From an uncultured Candidatus Saccharibacteria bacterium (GTDB taxonomy: Bacteria; Patescibacteriota; Minisyncoccia; Phycocordibacterales; UBA3531), in the NCBI GenBank assembly GCA_964361405.1, contig CAYIAA010000002.1:5299-69298 (forward strand): a DNA stretch of 64,000 nt, in the 5' to 3' direction. The notes under the pieces are model-generated. The model saw nothing but the letters and a program-made list of their open reading frames with translations. It did not search any database and had not been told where the DNA came from. Position numbers and translations under genes: made by a program. Of this stretch, positions 9,691 through 20,085 are shown one piece after another (position 1 is the first letter of the stretch; the number at the start of each line of letters is the position of its first letter).

Positions 9691-10139
9691 GTAAGCACTT
9701 CATCAACAATTTTTTTGACGAGACCCCCATCGACTTTTCCCTTCAAGTCCGCCATAAGCGCACTCATCAATTTTCCTGCGCCGTCTTTACTGTTCACGCC
9801 GAGCGCGGTTTTCTTTTTCATCGCGAGATCCCGCACATCTCTCTCGGAGAGCTGTGCGGGAAGATAGGGAACGAGGAATGCAATCTCCGCGCGTTCTCCC
9901 TCAGACAAATCTTTTCTCCCGCCTTTTTCGAATTGTTCGATGGAATCTTTTCTCTGTTTGACTTGCCGGGCGATGACGGCGGTCGCTTCTTCGTCCGTTA
10001 AGAATTCGGTCGGTTTCCGCTTTTTCGCGACGAGTTCGTTCGTGAATGCCGCGAGGAGCCCGCGGAGTGTGTCGAGTTTTACGCTTTCGCGTGCGAGCAT
10101 CGCTTTCTTGATATCGTCTTTTATTTGTTGGTGAAGCAT
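9687..10139 (-). CDS. GatB/YqeY domain protein
   Basis: IKKAM, KQRKDSIEQF..GGR.DL...E..E, YLPAQLS. Confidence 0.92.
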   Translation of the reverse strand: MLHQQIKDDIKKAMLARESVKLDTLRGLLAAFTNELVAKKRKPTEFLTDEEATAVIARQVKQRKDSIEQFEKGGRKDLSEGERAEIAFLVPYLPAQLSERDVRDLAMKKKTALGVNSKDGAGKLMSALMADLKGKVDGGLVKKIVDEVLT

Positions 10140-10160
10140 GGCAAAAAAAGTATAGCACAG

Positions 10161-10198
10161 AAAAAAGTAGGGGTGGAAATCATATGATTTCCACCCCT
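10161..10198 (-). terminator. Terminator, 30-nt perfect palindrome
   Basis: AGGGGTGGAAATCATATGATTTCCACCCCT at 10169-10198, T-run on the minus strand. Confidence 0.85.
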
Positions 10199-10204
10199 TT
10201 TCGT

Positions 10205-10438
10205 TCAAGCCGACTCGCGACTTCTTTTCCTTCTCCGTGCAATCTCCCGGTACCTGAGTTCCCGACAGATCTGGGATACCCTGTGCCGGAATTCCTCCTG
10301 CGTGCAGTTGTGCAAGCGTTCCTGTCGGAGTACTTGTCCTGCGAGCCCAGGGATCGTGAGTCGACCTTTGTTCTGTGGAGCAAGGCGGACTACCTCATCC
10401 GCCAAGCGACGAAAGTTGAGTGCCAATGCTTTGGGCAT
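10205..10438 (-). CDS. Hypothetical basic orphan protein (cassette B)
   Basis: TTGCAA-N16-TATAAT (10490-10463), GGGGGG SD, own terminator. Confidence 0.6.
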   Translation of the reverse strand: MPKALALNFRRLADEVVRLAPQNKGRLTIPGLAGQVLRQERLHNCTQEEFRHRVSQICRELRYREIARRRKRSRESA

Positions 10439-10537
10439 TTTTCACCCCCCGTATCTTTCCTTATTATACTACTTTTTATATATTTTGCAAGTCCTTGGAG
10501 AAGGCCCCACCTCCTTATCGTGATACCATAGGCCACA

Positions 10538-11485
10538 ATGGAGCCGAAAAAACCTCGAGTCGTCATTGTCCACGGATGGGCCAGCTCGCCCGAGGATGCG
10601 TGGCTTCCATGGCTTCGCCGTGAACTTGAGTCTCGCGGTGTCGAGGTCATAGCACCGGCATTTCCAAACCCGAAAGAGCCCGATATTTCCGCATGGATTT
10701 CTCTATTGAGAGAATCAGTCCAAGCGCCGGATGAAAATACCCACTTCGTGGGACACAGTCTTGGTGGGTACGTTATTCTCAAATTTATTGAAAGTCTTCC
10801 TGCCGGCATAATGGTGGGAGGGGTTGTGTCGGTTGCATCTCGGATAAAGAAAGAAGGGAAGGTTGAAATAGACGTACGTAAAGTGCGGGAGAGTACGCGG
10901 GAAATTACCGCGTTTTTTTCAGATAACGATTACTATGTGCCAGTAGAGGAAGCGGCAGAGTGGCGAAAGCACCTTTCTGCAAGTACTACGCTTCTCAAAG
11001 GACAGGGGCATTTTTCCCGACGGGAAAAAATGACAGAACTTCCGATTGTACTTGAACTTATTCTCCAAATGTCAGGCTTTATCGCGCTTCCTCCTCGAGT
11101 GGGCGTGGCACTCCTCCGCGAAGGGAAAGTGCTCTTGATACGGCGGCTCTGGGACGGACAGGAGTATTATGCATTTCCTGGCGGAGGGATCGAAGAGGGC
11201 GAAGGAATAGATCAGGCGATTGAACGGGAAATTAAAGAAGAATTACAGCTTACGATCCTTGTCGGAGAACCATTTCTTAAAATCATGAACTTGGGGCGCT
11301 GGGAGACATTTTTTCTCATTCGCGATTTTGTCGGAGAACCGATAAAAAGCGCCGAACTTTTGGATACGACAGAGCGTGGGAGTCACGACCTTGTGTGGCT
11401 TACGTATGAAGAGTGTGCGAAGGCCTCCGCGGTGTATCCGGAGCGAGCACGGAGAGCACTTCTTTCAGAGTTGGAAAAGGTATGA
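10538..11485 (+). CDS. Fusion of an RBBP9/YdeN alpha/beta hydrolase and a NUDIX hydrolase
   Basis: IVHGW, GHSLG, SDND, GHF; then the Nudix box GGGIEEGEGIDQAIEREIKEE. Confidence 0.88.
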   Translation: MEPKKPRVVIVHGWASSPEDAWLPWLRRELESRGVEVIAPAFPNPKEPDISAWISLLRESVQAPDENTHFVGHSLGGYVILKFIESLPAGIMVGGVVSVASRIKKEGKVEIDVRKVRESTREITAFFSDNDYYVPVEEAAEWRKHLSASTTLLKGQGHFSRREKMTELPIVLELILQMSGFIALPPRVGVALLREGKVLLIRRLWDGQEYYAFPGGGIEEGEGIDQAIEREIKEELQLTILVGEPFLKIMNLGRWETFFLIRDFVGEPIKSAELLDTTERGSHDLVWLTYEECAKASAVYPERARRALLSELEKV

Positions 11486-14469
11486 CCGGGAGAGCTTTTA
11501 CTAATCTCTATCGGCGGCTCAATCCCGAGCAGCGTGATGCAGTCGATGCCATCGAGGGGCCGGTGATGGTTGTCGCTGGACCCGGTACCGGAAAAACCGA
11601 AGTGCTTACGCTTCGCATCGCCAACATTCTCCGGAAAACTGATACTCCCCCGGAGGGAATTCTTGCTCTCACCTTTACCGACTCCGGCGTTTACTCGATG
11701 CGGCGGCGTTTGGTTGAAATCGTGGGAAGTGATGCGTACCGTGTCACCATTGCCACTTTCCATGGTTTTGCAAACGAAATTATCCGATCAAATCCGGGTG
11801 AATTTCCGGGAATCGTCGGGTCCGTCCACATACCTGCAATTGAGCAAATCAAAATCCTTGAGGCTATCGTCAAAGAGATGAAGCTTCCGCTATTAAAACC
11901 CTTCGGTGATCCTTTGTTTTACCTCTACCCACTCTCCCGCGCGATTGGGGATTTGAAAAAAGATGCGATTACGCCGGATGATCTTGAAAAAGAAAACCGT
12001 GCCGAGGAAATAAAACTCAAAAATCTTCCTGACCTCACCTACGAAAAGGGGGTGCGGAAGGGTACGATGCGCAGAATTTACCGCGCCAAGTTTAAAGACA
12101 TCGCAAAGATAGGGGAACTTTCCCGAGTGTATCGCGCATACCAGAAAGTGCTCGTCAAGGAGAAATTTTATGATTACGATGACATGATTGCGGAAGTTGT
12201 CAGGGCGCTTACAAAGAGCGAAGACTTGCGGCTTACTCTACAGGAAACCTATCTCTATGTTCTCGCGGATGAACACCAGGATGCAAACCGTGCGCAGAAT
12301 AAACTGCTCGAACTCTTGGCATCTTTCCACGATCCGTATCCGAATCTATTCATTGTCGGCGATGAAAAGCAGGCGATTTTCCGTTTTCAAGGTGCCTCCC
12401 TTGAAAACTTTCTCTACTTTAAGAGGCGCTACCCGAGGGCTCTCCTCGTGACGCTTTTGAGGAATTATCGCTCAACCAAAGCCTTACTCGGCGCCGCCGG
12501 AAGTATGATCGCGCGGAGCGGGATGCGTGTTTTAGGAAGCGAGGCATCCTTAATCGCGGTAGGGAGTAGAAAGGGAGAAGGTGTTCTTATTTACCCTTTT
12601 TCTTCCTCGGACCACGAAGTTAAATTTTTGTCCGCGGATATCAAAGAAGAACTCGCGAAAGGAACCCCTCCGGGGGAAATTGCCATTCTCTATCACGACA
12701 ATAAAGATGCTCTCCCTATCGCCGCCCTACTCTCGCGCTGCGGTATTCCGTTCGTAATTGAATCTGCCGAGGATGTCCTATCCGACTCTGACATAGTGAA
12801 GCTTGTCATGCTTCTCACCGCAGTCGAGCATTTCGGCGACGACGAAAAAGTTCTTGCGGCACTCCACCTTGATTTCCTTGGTATCCCGAGTCTCGATATC
12901 TTTCGCATTGCCGGCGAACGGAGTCGATCACACCTGCCCATCGTCGAGATTATACATTCGAAATCTGCACTCACCGCCGTCTCAGTCGGAGAATGTGAGC
13001 GAGTTCTTTCTTTTGCGCGCAATCTTTCTTTATGGCACAAAGCATCCAAGAATAAAAATCTCACCGAACTCCTTGAACTTGTTACCGAAGAATCTGGTTT
13101 CCTTGGGCATGTGATTTCACGACCCGATGCATTCGAGAAGCTTGAAAAAATCGATGCGCTCTTTAGCGAAGCGCGCAGGGTTCTCGGCACCCACCGCTCT
13201 TTTAAGCTTGCGGACTTTCTCGCTCACCTCGACCTTCTCGCGAAGTACCGTCTTTTTTCTTCCACTCGGTCGGCTGAAGGAAGATTTTCCCGCGTACACT
13301 TGCTCACGGCGCACCGCGCGAAGGGACTTGAGTTTGATGTTGTCTATATCACCGGGGCGACCGAAGGTCACTGGGGAGGACGAAGGAGATCAGTTTCCTT
13401 GCCGCTTCCCACGTCCGTAGGCACCGCCACCGACTCGATTGACGACGAGCGGCGGCTTTTTTACGTTGCGCTTACCCGTGCACGACGGAAGGTCGCGATA
13501 ACGTACTCTACGAAGGACGAACGGGGGAAAAACCTTCTTCCAGTCCAGTTTGTTGAGGAAATTGCTCTCGAGATGAAGCGTATTGTGCCTACGGAGGAAA
13601 TCGAGGCGATTGCAATGCGCTCACGGCTAAAAAAGAAGCCCATTCTAGCCCCCGCTCGTTCACCCCTTAAGGAAAAGGAATATTTGAACTCTCTCTTTCT
13701 TGAGCGGGGGCTTTCCGTCACCGCACTTAATAATTATCTCACCTGCCCGTGGCGGTATTTTTATGTGAACCTTCTTCGCGTTCCCGAAGCAAAAGGGAAA
13801 CACCAGATGTATGGCACCGCAGTACATACGGCGCTCAAGGAGTTTTTCGACGCGCTCCGAGGAGGCCGGAATATCGGAAAAAAAGAACTCCTTAGAATTT
13901 TTTCCGGACACCTGCGTCGGGAGCCGCTCTCTCGAGACGAACTTTCCGAGTCACTCGCGAAAGGAAAGCGCGCTCTTCGCGGATACCATGATCGGTATCG
14001 GAAGGAATGGAGTCCAAATATCATGAATGAATTTAGCGTTCGCGGCGTTCTCCTTGATGAGAAAATTCCTTTAACCGGCAAACTCGATAAGATCGAATTT
14101 CTTGATGCCGTTGGGCACGTCAATGTTGTTGATTATAAAACTGGAAGACCGCGATCGCGCGCTGTGATAGAAGGGAAAACCAAGGGCGGGGACGGAGCAT
14201 ACAAGCGTCAGCTCGTTTTCTATAAACTTCTTCTTGACCGCTATTTGGGAGGGAAGTACCACATGGTTTCCGGCGACATTGATTTTATCGAGCCGGATGC
14301 GAGCGGGAAATTTAGAAAAGAACGGTTTTTGATTGAAAGAACGGACGTCAACGCGCTTGAGGAAGTGGTGGGGCGTGTATCAAAGGAAATCCTGTCGCTC
14401 TCGTTTTGGGGCCGGAGGTGTAGAGATAAGGAATGTCGGTATTGCCGACTTGCAAAGATGAAGGAATAA
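11482..14469 (+). CDS. UvrD-family ATP-dependent helicase with C-terminal PD-(D/E)XK nuclease (AdnB/AddA-like)
   Basis: AGPGTGKT, DEHQD, GDEKQAIF, HRAKGLEF, YVALTRA; GKLDKI..DYKTG; Cys pattern CPW...C-x4-C-x2-C. Confidence 0.93.
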   Translation: MTGRAFTNLYRRLNPEQRDAVDAIEGPVMVVAGPGTGKTEVLTLRIANILRKTDTPPEGILALTFTDSGVYSMRRRLVEIVGSDAYRVTIATFHGFANEIIRSNPGEFPGIVGSVHIPAIEQIKILEAIVKEMKLPLLKPFGDPLFYLYPLSRAIGDLKKDAITPDDLEKENRAEEIKLKNLPDLTYEKGVRKGTMRRIYRAKFKDIAKIGELSRVYRAYQKVLVKEKFYDYDDMIAEVVRALTKSEDLRLTLQETYLYVLADEHQDANRAQNKLLELLASFHDPYPNLFIVGDEKQAIFRFQGASLENFLYFKRRYPRALLVTLLRNYRSTKALLGAAGSMIARSGMRVLGSEASLIAVGSRKGEGVLIYPFSSSDHEVKFLSADIKEELAKGTPPGEIAILYHDNKDALPIAALLSRCGIPFVIESAEDVLSDSDIVKLVMLLTAVEHFGDDEKVLAALHLDFLGIPSLDIFRIAGERSRSHLPIVEIIHSKSALTAVSVGECERVLSFARNLSLWHKASKNKNLTELLELVTEESGFLGHVISRPDAFEKLEKIDALFSEARRVLGTHRSFKLADFLAHLDLLAKYRLFSSTRSAEGRFSRVHLLTAHRAKGLEFDVVYITGATEGHWGGRRRSVSLPLPTSVGTATDSIDDERRLFYVALTRARRKVAITYSTKDERGKNLLPVQFVEEIALEMKRIVPTEEIEAIAMRSRLKKKPILAPARSPLKEKEYLNSLFLERGLSVTALNNYLTCPWRYFYVNLLRVPEAKGKHQMYGTAVHTALKEFFDALRGGRNIGKKELLRIFSGHLRREPLSRDELSESLAKGKRALRGYHDRYRKEWSPNIMNEFSVRGVLLDEKIPLTGKLDKIEFLDAVGHVNVVDYKTGRPRSRAVIEGKTKGGDGAYKRQLVFYKLLLDRYLGGKYHMVSGDIDFIEPDASGKFRKERFLIERTDVNALEEVVGRVSKEILSLSFWGRRCRDKECRYCRLAKMKE

Positions 14470-14480
14470 TCGCCTCAAAT

Positions 14481-14523
14481 GAAAAGGCCGCGGTCTTCAC
14501 ACTCTTGTGTGAAAACCGCGGCC
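14481..14523 (-). terminator. Intrinsic terminator
   Basis: GGCCGCGGT.TTCACAC-loop-GTGTGAA.ACCGCGGCC stem, TTTTC on the minus strand. Confidence 0.75.
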
Positions 14524-14538
14524 CAGAGCCTGTGTCGG

Positions 14539-15198
14539 CTAGTGAATGACTCGTCCCTCCTTCGACTTCGAGCGGAGTTCGTCGCCGATCGAGACACGGA
14601 GATCACTCCCCCTTGTCTTGGTCGCCGCGGATGATTTCCCCTCTTCGGAATCACCGTTCTCTTCGATGGTGATTCCGAAGAGGGAGAGCACTTCCTGTTG
14701 GTGTGCCCGATGGAGATCGCGTGCCGTGATCTTCTCCTTGAGCTCCTTCTCCTGCACTTCAAGGCCGGCGATCTTTCTCTTGGTCATTTCAATCTCTTTG
14801 TCGATCCAGTCGAGTCGGCCCCTCCAATAGTCGGTAGCTAGGGTGGAGAACTTCTCCCTCGGAATCTCCCTTCCCTGTGACCCGCCCACCTTCTTTCGGA
14901 GAGCTTCGACACAGTGATGACACCCAGTGCGCCGAATTTTGTCCGAGTGCACCTCAGCCTTGGTGACTAGGTAGTTCACCCAGCCGTTCTCCTTGATGAG
15001 TGGCCCAGTGCCAAGACATCCCTGCGAGTTCTTCTTGAGGAAGTTGAATTCGCAGACGAATGGTTGATCAGGTCGTGCCGCCACTTCCTCTCTCTTCGTG
15101 ACGAACTCCCCGTATCTCTTCTGGTTGTCCGCGAGGCGGTTCACGACCTCTCCGAGGGTATCCTCGTAGGTCTTTGTCGGTACCTCTTTGGTCGACAT
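14539..15198 (-). CDS. Hypothetical orphan protein with CxxC and coiled coil (cassette C)
   Basis: 219-aa ORF, AGGAG SD, TTGACA at 15301-15296, own terminator. Confidence 0.7.
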   Translation of the reverse strand: MSTKEVPTKTYEDTLGEVVNRLADNQKRYGEFVTKREEVAARPDQPFVCEFNFLKKNSQGCLGTGPLIKENGWVNYLVTKAEVHSDKIRRTGCHHCVEALRKKVGGSQGREIPREKFSTLATDYWRGRLDWIDKEIEMTKRKIAGLEVQEKELKEKITARDLHRAHQQEVLSLFGITIEENGDSEEGKSSAATKTRGSDLRVSIGDELRSKSKEGRVIH

Positions 15199-15339
15199 TG
15201 GCCTTTCTCCTATTCGATAGTTGTACAGAGCGCCAAAGAACTTTTCAATGGCACTAGGAACATTCTCTTTTTATTTAAGCATATCATAATATTTTTGTCA
15301 AGTATCATCGGACTCTCACCCTGCGTTACTATGGTTCCT

Positions 15340-16050
15340 ATGGCAAGTAATAGTAATGAAAGAGCGAAGGCCTTATGGCTTTCTCCGACAGGTGTACAGG
15401 GTCTCGAGCGTTGTCCGCGGTGCTTTTGGCTCAAGTACCGGAAAGGTGTCCACCAGCCGGAGGGTATTGTGTCGCGACTTGCGAACCGTTTCGACTCCGT
15501 CATAAAAAAATACTTCGATGCATATCGCCCCAAGCTCCCGCCGATAATCTCAAACACCTTAGAGGGCACACTTGAAGACCCCTTTCAGGAAAAATACTTT
15601 TATCGGCACGATGAGCGCTATGGCTATCTCGGCAAATTGGATGAGTGTATCATCGCCTTGGACGGGCGGCGTTCAGTAGTTGACCACAAAACGTCGAGCT
15701 CGGATCCGCGTGAAAAACAAACACTCTCCGCCTACCAGGACCAGCTAAACTCATATGCATGGCTTCTTGAAGAAAGCGGGAAGAAGACTTCCGGTGTCGG
15801 CCACCTCATCTACTTTTACCCGGATCATGCCGATGACCTCGAAAAGAGGTTTCCAATGGTAGTACACGTTTCAACGCTCACGACGAATTCGGATGCGGCA
15901 AAGCGAAAGTTTCTCCACGCACTCGACGTGCTTGAGAGCGCGATGCCCTCCCCCTCGGCCGATTGCCCCTTTTGTTCGTGGCACTCGAAAATGAAGGACG
16001 TCACCGCACCTTCTTCGCGCAAGGCGAAAGATCAGGAGTCCTTATTTTAA
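15340..16050 (+). CDS. Stand-alone PD-(D/E)XK nuclease (RecB/Cas4-like)
   Basis: LSPT..CPRCFW, GKLDE..VDHKT, QLNSY, CPFC; start could be 15331. Confidence 0.88.
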   Translation: MASNSNERAKALWLSPTGVQGLERCPRCFWLKYRKGVHQPEGIVSRLANRFDSVIKKYFDAYRPKLPPIISNTLEGTLEDPFQEKYFYRHDERYGYLGKLDECIIALDGRRSVVDHKTSSSDPREKQTLSAYQDQLNSYAWLLEESGKKTSGVGHLIYFYPDHADDLEKRFPMVVHVSTLTTNSDAAKRKFLHALDVLESAMPSPSADCPFCSWHSKMKDVTAPSSRKAKDQESLF

Positions 16051-16100
16051 TGCTTTTATATCAAGTGCCATCCTTGATATTTTAATGTGGGCTTCGACTC

Positions 16101-17948
16101 CTAAACTTCAAGCAGGACCGGAAGTATAATCGGCCGCTTCTTAGTTTGATTAAAAAGAAATTTTCCGATTGTTTCGCGTACGTTATTTTTCACAAAGTCG
16201 AAATTGATGGGGCGCATGGGCCCAATCGAATCTTCGACAGACTTTTTGACGAGGAGGCGGGTTTGATTTAAGAGGTCTTGCGACTCTTTCAGGTAGATGA
16301 ACCCGCGCGAAATGATGTCCGGAGATTTTTTAATCTTCCCGCTTTTCGTGTCGATTACGGCGACGATGACGAACATGCCGTCCTGCGCCAAAACTTGCCG
16401 GTCGCGGATTACAACCTCTTTCACGTCGCCGCGGCCGAGCCCGTCAACCATGACGATGCCTGCCGGGGCTCCTTGTTTTGCCGCCTGGATTTTCTCTCCG
16501 CCCCCGGTAATCTCGATGATCATGCCGTTGTCGGGAATTACTATGTTGCTTTCCGCTATGCCGGCCGCCTTCGCAACAGCTCCGTGGACACGGAGCATAT
16601 AGTGGTAGCCGTGGACGGGGATAAAGAACTTCGGTTTCAGCGTGGAAATAATCCACTTCGCTTCTTCTTTGTAGGCATGTCCGCTCGAATGGACGTTAGC
16701 GACGTCTTGGTGGAGGATGGAGGCACCCTGGCGCGAGAGGTTGTCTTTTAGTTTCTGCACATCGCGCTCATTTCCCGGAATGACGGATGAAGAAAGAACG
16801 ACTACGTCGGTTTTATTAATCTTGATGTGCTTATGCTGACGGTTTGCAATCCGCATGAGTGCCGCGAATTCATCTCCTTGCGCGCCGGTCGCCAAAATGA
16901 TGATTTTATTCGGTGGATGAGAACCCATTTCTTCAACGGGGATGATTGTGTGTTTTTTAGGTTTGAGTAACCCCAGCTCCTTTGCGATTTCAACGTTAAT
17001 TTTCATTGACCTTCCTTCGATCACTACCTTTTTTCCGAGTTCCTCCGCGGTGTAGATGATGTAGATAATGCGTTCGAGGAGCGAGGAGAAAATTCCGATG
17101 ATGAGTCGCCCTTTTGCCTCGCTCACAATTTGGCGGAGATTCTCATGCACAGCTCGTTCGGCAAAGCTGAAGCCCTCCCGCTCGGTGTTGGTCGAATCCG
17201 CAAGGAGAAGCAGATTTTTCTGCGAACCAATTGCCGTGAAGATCTCGACTTCATGCGGGAGCGGCACACCGTCCTGGTGGTCGATTTTGAGATCGCCCGA
17301 ATGGATGATATTCCCGTGCGGGGTTTCAATGATGACCCCCATGGCGTCGGGAATAGTGTGCGTGACGGCAAAGAAGCGAGCAGAGAGTAATGGCCCGAAG
17401 GGAATGACCCCCTCTTTTTCAATGATGTTTAAATTGAGTTTCGGAAGGTGAGGGAACTCCGATTGCCGTTTTCTGATGATGGCGGCAGTGAGTTCCCGTG
17501 CATAAATCGGTGGGTTCCCGATTTTTTCTATGATAAAAGGAATGCCTCCGACGTGGTCGAGGTGACCGTGCGTAATGATGAGGCCGCGGATGGAGCTTTT
17601 CCGCGCTTCGAGGTAGCCAGTGTCGGGAATGATGTAGTCGACGCCGGGCGCTTCATCGCCCGGGAATTGGATACCGGCATCAACGATGACGATTTCGTTC
17701 TTGTATTCGATAACCGTCATGTTTTTTCCGATTTCCTCGACCCCGCCGAGTGGAATAACCCGGATAGTCTCGTCTAATGGGCCGCGGCGTGGAACCTGAC
17801 GCGGTTCTCGGCGCATTCCTCCGCGGGGTCGACCCATGCCGCGAGGAGGATGTGCGCTTCCTTGTCCACGCACTCCGAAGTGCCTACGCGGCCCCTGCCG
17901 CGGACGCTTTGCTCCGTGTCCTTGTCCTTCTCGTATCGTTGTTTCCAT
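16101..17948 (-). CDS. rnj: Ribonuclease J
   Basis: PLGGVEEIGKNM, THGHLDHVG, HSSGH, PVHG; Arg/Gly-rich N-terminus. Confidence 0.96.
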   Translation of the reverse strand: METTIREGQGHGAKRPRQGPRRHFGVRGQGSAHPPRGMGRPRGGMRREPRQVPRRGPLDETIRVIPLGGVEEIGKNMTVIEYKNEIVIVDAGIQFPGDEAPGVDYIIPDTGYLEARKSSIRGLIITHGHLDHVGGIPFIIEKIGNPPIYARELTAAIIRKRQSEFPHLPKLNLNIIEKEGVIPFGPLLSARFFAVTHTIPDAMGVIIETPHGNIIHSGDLKIDHQDGVPLPHEVEIFTAIGSQKNLLLLADSTNTEREGFSFAERAVHENLRQIVSEAKGRLIIGIFSSLLERIIYIIYTAEELGKKVVIEGRSMKINVEIAKELGLLKPKKHTIIPVEEMGSHPPNKIIILATGAQGDEFAALMRIANRQHKHIKINKTDVVVLSSSVIPGNERDVQKLKDNLSRQGASILHQDVANVHSSGHAYKEEAKWIISTLKPKFFIPVHGYHYMLRVHGAVAKAAGIAESNIVIPDNGMIIEITGGGEKIQAAKQGAPAGIVMVDGLGRGDVKEVVIRDRQVLAQDGMFVIVAVIDTKSGKIKKSPDIISRGFIYLKESQDLLNQTRLLVKKSVEDSIGPMRPINFDFVKNNVRETIGKFLFNQTKKRPIILPVLLEV

Positions 17949-17952
17949 AGTG

Positions 17953-19767
17953 TTAGTTCTCTCTGTGAGGATCTTTAGAAATTGGGTGGTTAAAAATTGG
18001 CCAGATGCTCTCGGTATAGAGGTGCCAGGCATACACATTCAAATATCGCTCTGACTGTACCGTAAGGGCAACGGGTGAAATGCCTTTTACGCGTTCAGGA
18101 ATGATGTAGAGAAAGTTTGGAGCGTAGAGAAAAATTGCGGGGATATCCTTTTCCACCGTTTCTTGGAATTCTTTGTACATCCTCTCGCGCTCTGCCCGAT
18201 TCTCGGTTTTCCTCGCGTTCTCGAGGAGTTTGTCCACGGTGACGTTCGCATAGAGCGCGACATTGAGTCCGGGGTCAAGCCGTTGGGATGAGTGCCAGAA
18301 AGCGAAAGGGTCGGGGTCTCTTCCGATAATCTCTCCAAAAAGGAGAGCATCGTAGTCGCGTTGGCGAATGATGTTTTGGTTCAAATCCCCGGTTTCAAAA
18401 ACACGTATCTCCACTTGGGCGCCCAAACGCTCCCACGTTTCCTTTACTATTTCTGCCACGGCTTTGAGTTCTGGAACATCAGCTGTCGCGAGGTGGAATG
18501 AAAGTTTTTCTTCGTTTTTTTTCTCCGTTTTCGTGAAGATATTGTCAGAGGGGTTACGTTTCCACCCATCTTCAATGAGAGAGAGTGCCGCGAGTTCAAG
18601 TGGGTTTGTTGTTGAAGCAGTGGCAGCTGCTACAGCACGAATTCCCGAAATGTAGCCGAGTGCCCCCGGTGGAATCGGTCCTTCGATCGGAGACCCGTAG
18701 CCGCTCAGCACTTCTTCCACAATACCCCCCGTACTAAGTGCATCACGGAGTGCACGTCGCACGGCGAGGCTGGTGAATATCCGCGCATGGTCTTGGTTAA
18801 AGAAGACGCCGAATACTCGTGTCAGTGGAAATTCGATAATGCGGCTCGCCCGCTCTTCTTTCATGAGAGCTGAATTTGGTGAAAGTCCTCCGACAAGCTC
18901 GAAAGCGCCGTTCCTAAAAGCATTCTCAAGTGTCGTTTCATTCGGATAGAATCGGAGGCGAATCCGATCGATAAAAGGTTCCCCGAGCGCAAAATGTTCG
19001 AACGACTTCAAGTCATAGTATTCGGGTACCCCCACCTCGTTTCGAACGATGCCTTCCACTTTATATGGACCGCCCCCAACAGGACTTATGTTAAACGTGC
19101 TTACGCCGAATTCCTCGGCCGAGATAGTGCCCCAGATGTGTTTTGGAATAATGCCAAGAGTGGCATTTTCAGGAAAAGGAGAATAAGGCTGTTTCAAACT
19201 GAATTCCACGGTGCGCTCGTCAATTTTTTGAACCACCACCCCCTCCCAGCTTGCCCTCCGTGAGCTTTTCACCAGCGGGTCAGTAATTTTTTTTATGGTG
19301 AAGACAACGTCGTCCGCCGTGATTGGTACGCCGTCATGCCATATGAGCCCAGGACGGAGCGTGAAGGTATAGGTGAGGCCGTCAGGAGATACGGAGTAGC
19401 TCTCCGCGAGATCGGGGATGAGATTGCCACTCTCTCCGACGCGAAGGAGTCCGGAGTAGAGGAGTGCGACAAGGTCTTTATCTGCCTCGGAAACGGCGAG
19501 GAGTGGGTTCACGAAGCGGGGACTCCCGACGATACCTTCGGAGATTCCACCGCCATGAACTGGCACTATGGAGGAAACGCTTCCATTAACCCGGGTGAGT
19601 ATTCCGAGTACACTTGCGATGGAAATCCAAAAAAGTGCCCAGAATATAATCCGTTCACGGAGTGAAAACTCGCGAATAATGCGTGGAATGTCGCTCTCCC
19701 GCGACAAATCTGCCCCGCCGAGGAAGGGAAATGTGTATTCCTTTTTGAGTGCGTCAGGTAATTTCAC
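17953..19767 (-). CDS. Family 5 (peptide) ABC transporter substrate-binding protein
   Basis: PDLAESY..SPDGLTYTFTLR..WHDG.PITADDVVFT signature. Confidence 0.9.
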   Translation of the reverse strand: MKLPDALKKEYTFPFLGGADLSRESDIPRIIREFSLRERIIFWALFWISIASVLGILTRVNGSVSSIVPVHGGGISEGIVGSPRFVNPLLAVSEADKDLVALLYSGLLRVGESGNLIPDLAESYSVSPDGLTYTFTLRPGLIWHDGVPITADDVVFTIKKITDPLVKSSRRASWEGVVVQKIDERTVEFSLKQPYSPFPENATLGIIPKHIWGTISAEEFGVSTFNISPVGGGPYKVEGIVRNEVGVPEYYDLKSFEHFALGEPFIDRIRLRFYPNETTLENAFRNGAFELVGGLSPNSALMKEERASRIIEFPLTRVFGVFFNQDHARIFTSLAVRRALRDALSTGGIVEEVLSGYGSPIEGPIPPGALGYISGIRAVAAATASTTNPLELAALSLIEDGWKRNPSDNIFTKTEKKNEEKLSFHLATADVPELKAVAEIVKETWERLGAQVEIRVFETGDLNQNIIRQRDYDALLFGEIIGRDPDPFAFWHSSQRLDPGLNVALYANVTVDKLLENARKTENRAERERMYKEFQETVEKDIPAIFLYAPNFLYIIPERVKGISPVALTVQSERYLNVYAWHLYTESIWPIFNHPISKDPHREN

Positions 19768-19840
19768 TGTTACAAAAATTCTAGGTTAGAGAAAGAAATG
19801 GGTGAATAAATAAAAGAGTTTGCGAGAAAAAGGCTCTTCT

Positions 19841-20074
19841 CTAGACGAGGAGCGCCGCGAGCGACGTGAGACCGAACAAAATTGCAATAACGATGGTTCC
19901 AATGAATAGAATCCGTTCAATACCTCTCCGGGTGTAGTAGTTTCCACCGCCTCCTCCGCCACCGAACGTTGTGCCTAAGCCACCCTCGTCAGAGCGCTGA
20001 AGGAGAATGGCGGCGATGAGCGCCCCCGAGAGGGCGATTTGCACCCACGGGAGGGCGCTCGAGAGAGTTACCAT
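19841..20074 (-). CDS. secG: Preprotein translocase subunit SecG
   Basis: ILLQ..GLG..FGG..TRRGIE, two TMs. Confidence 0.9.
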   Translation of the reverse strand: MVTLSSALPWVQIALSGALIAAILLQRSDEGGLGTTFGGGGGGGNYYTRRGIERILFIGTIVIAILFGLTSLAALLV

Positions 20075-20085
20075 ACGTGAAAGTG

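Noticed and set aside
15064-16050. Cas4-like nuclease as a sign of CRISPR-Cas, and its long N-terminal extension
   Set aside because: No cas1/cas2 or repeat-spacer array in the window; the extension overlaps cassette C and its promoter
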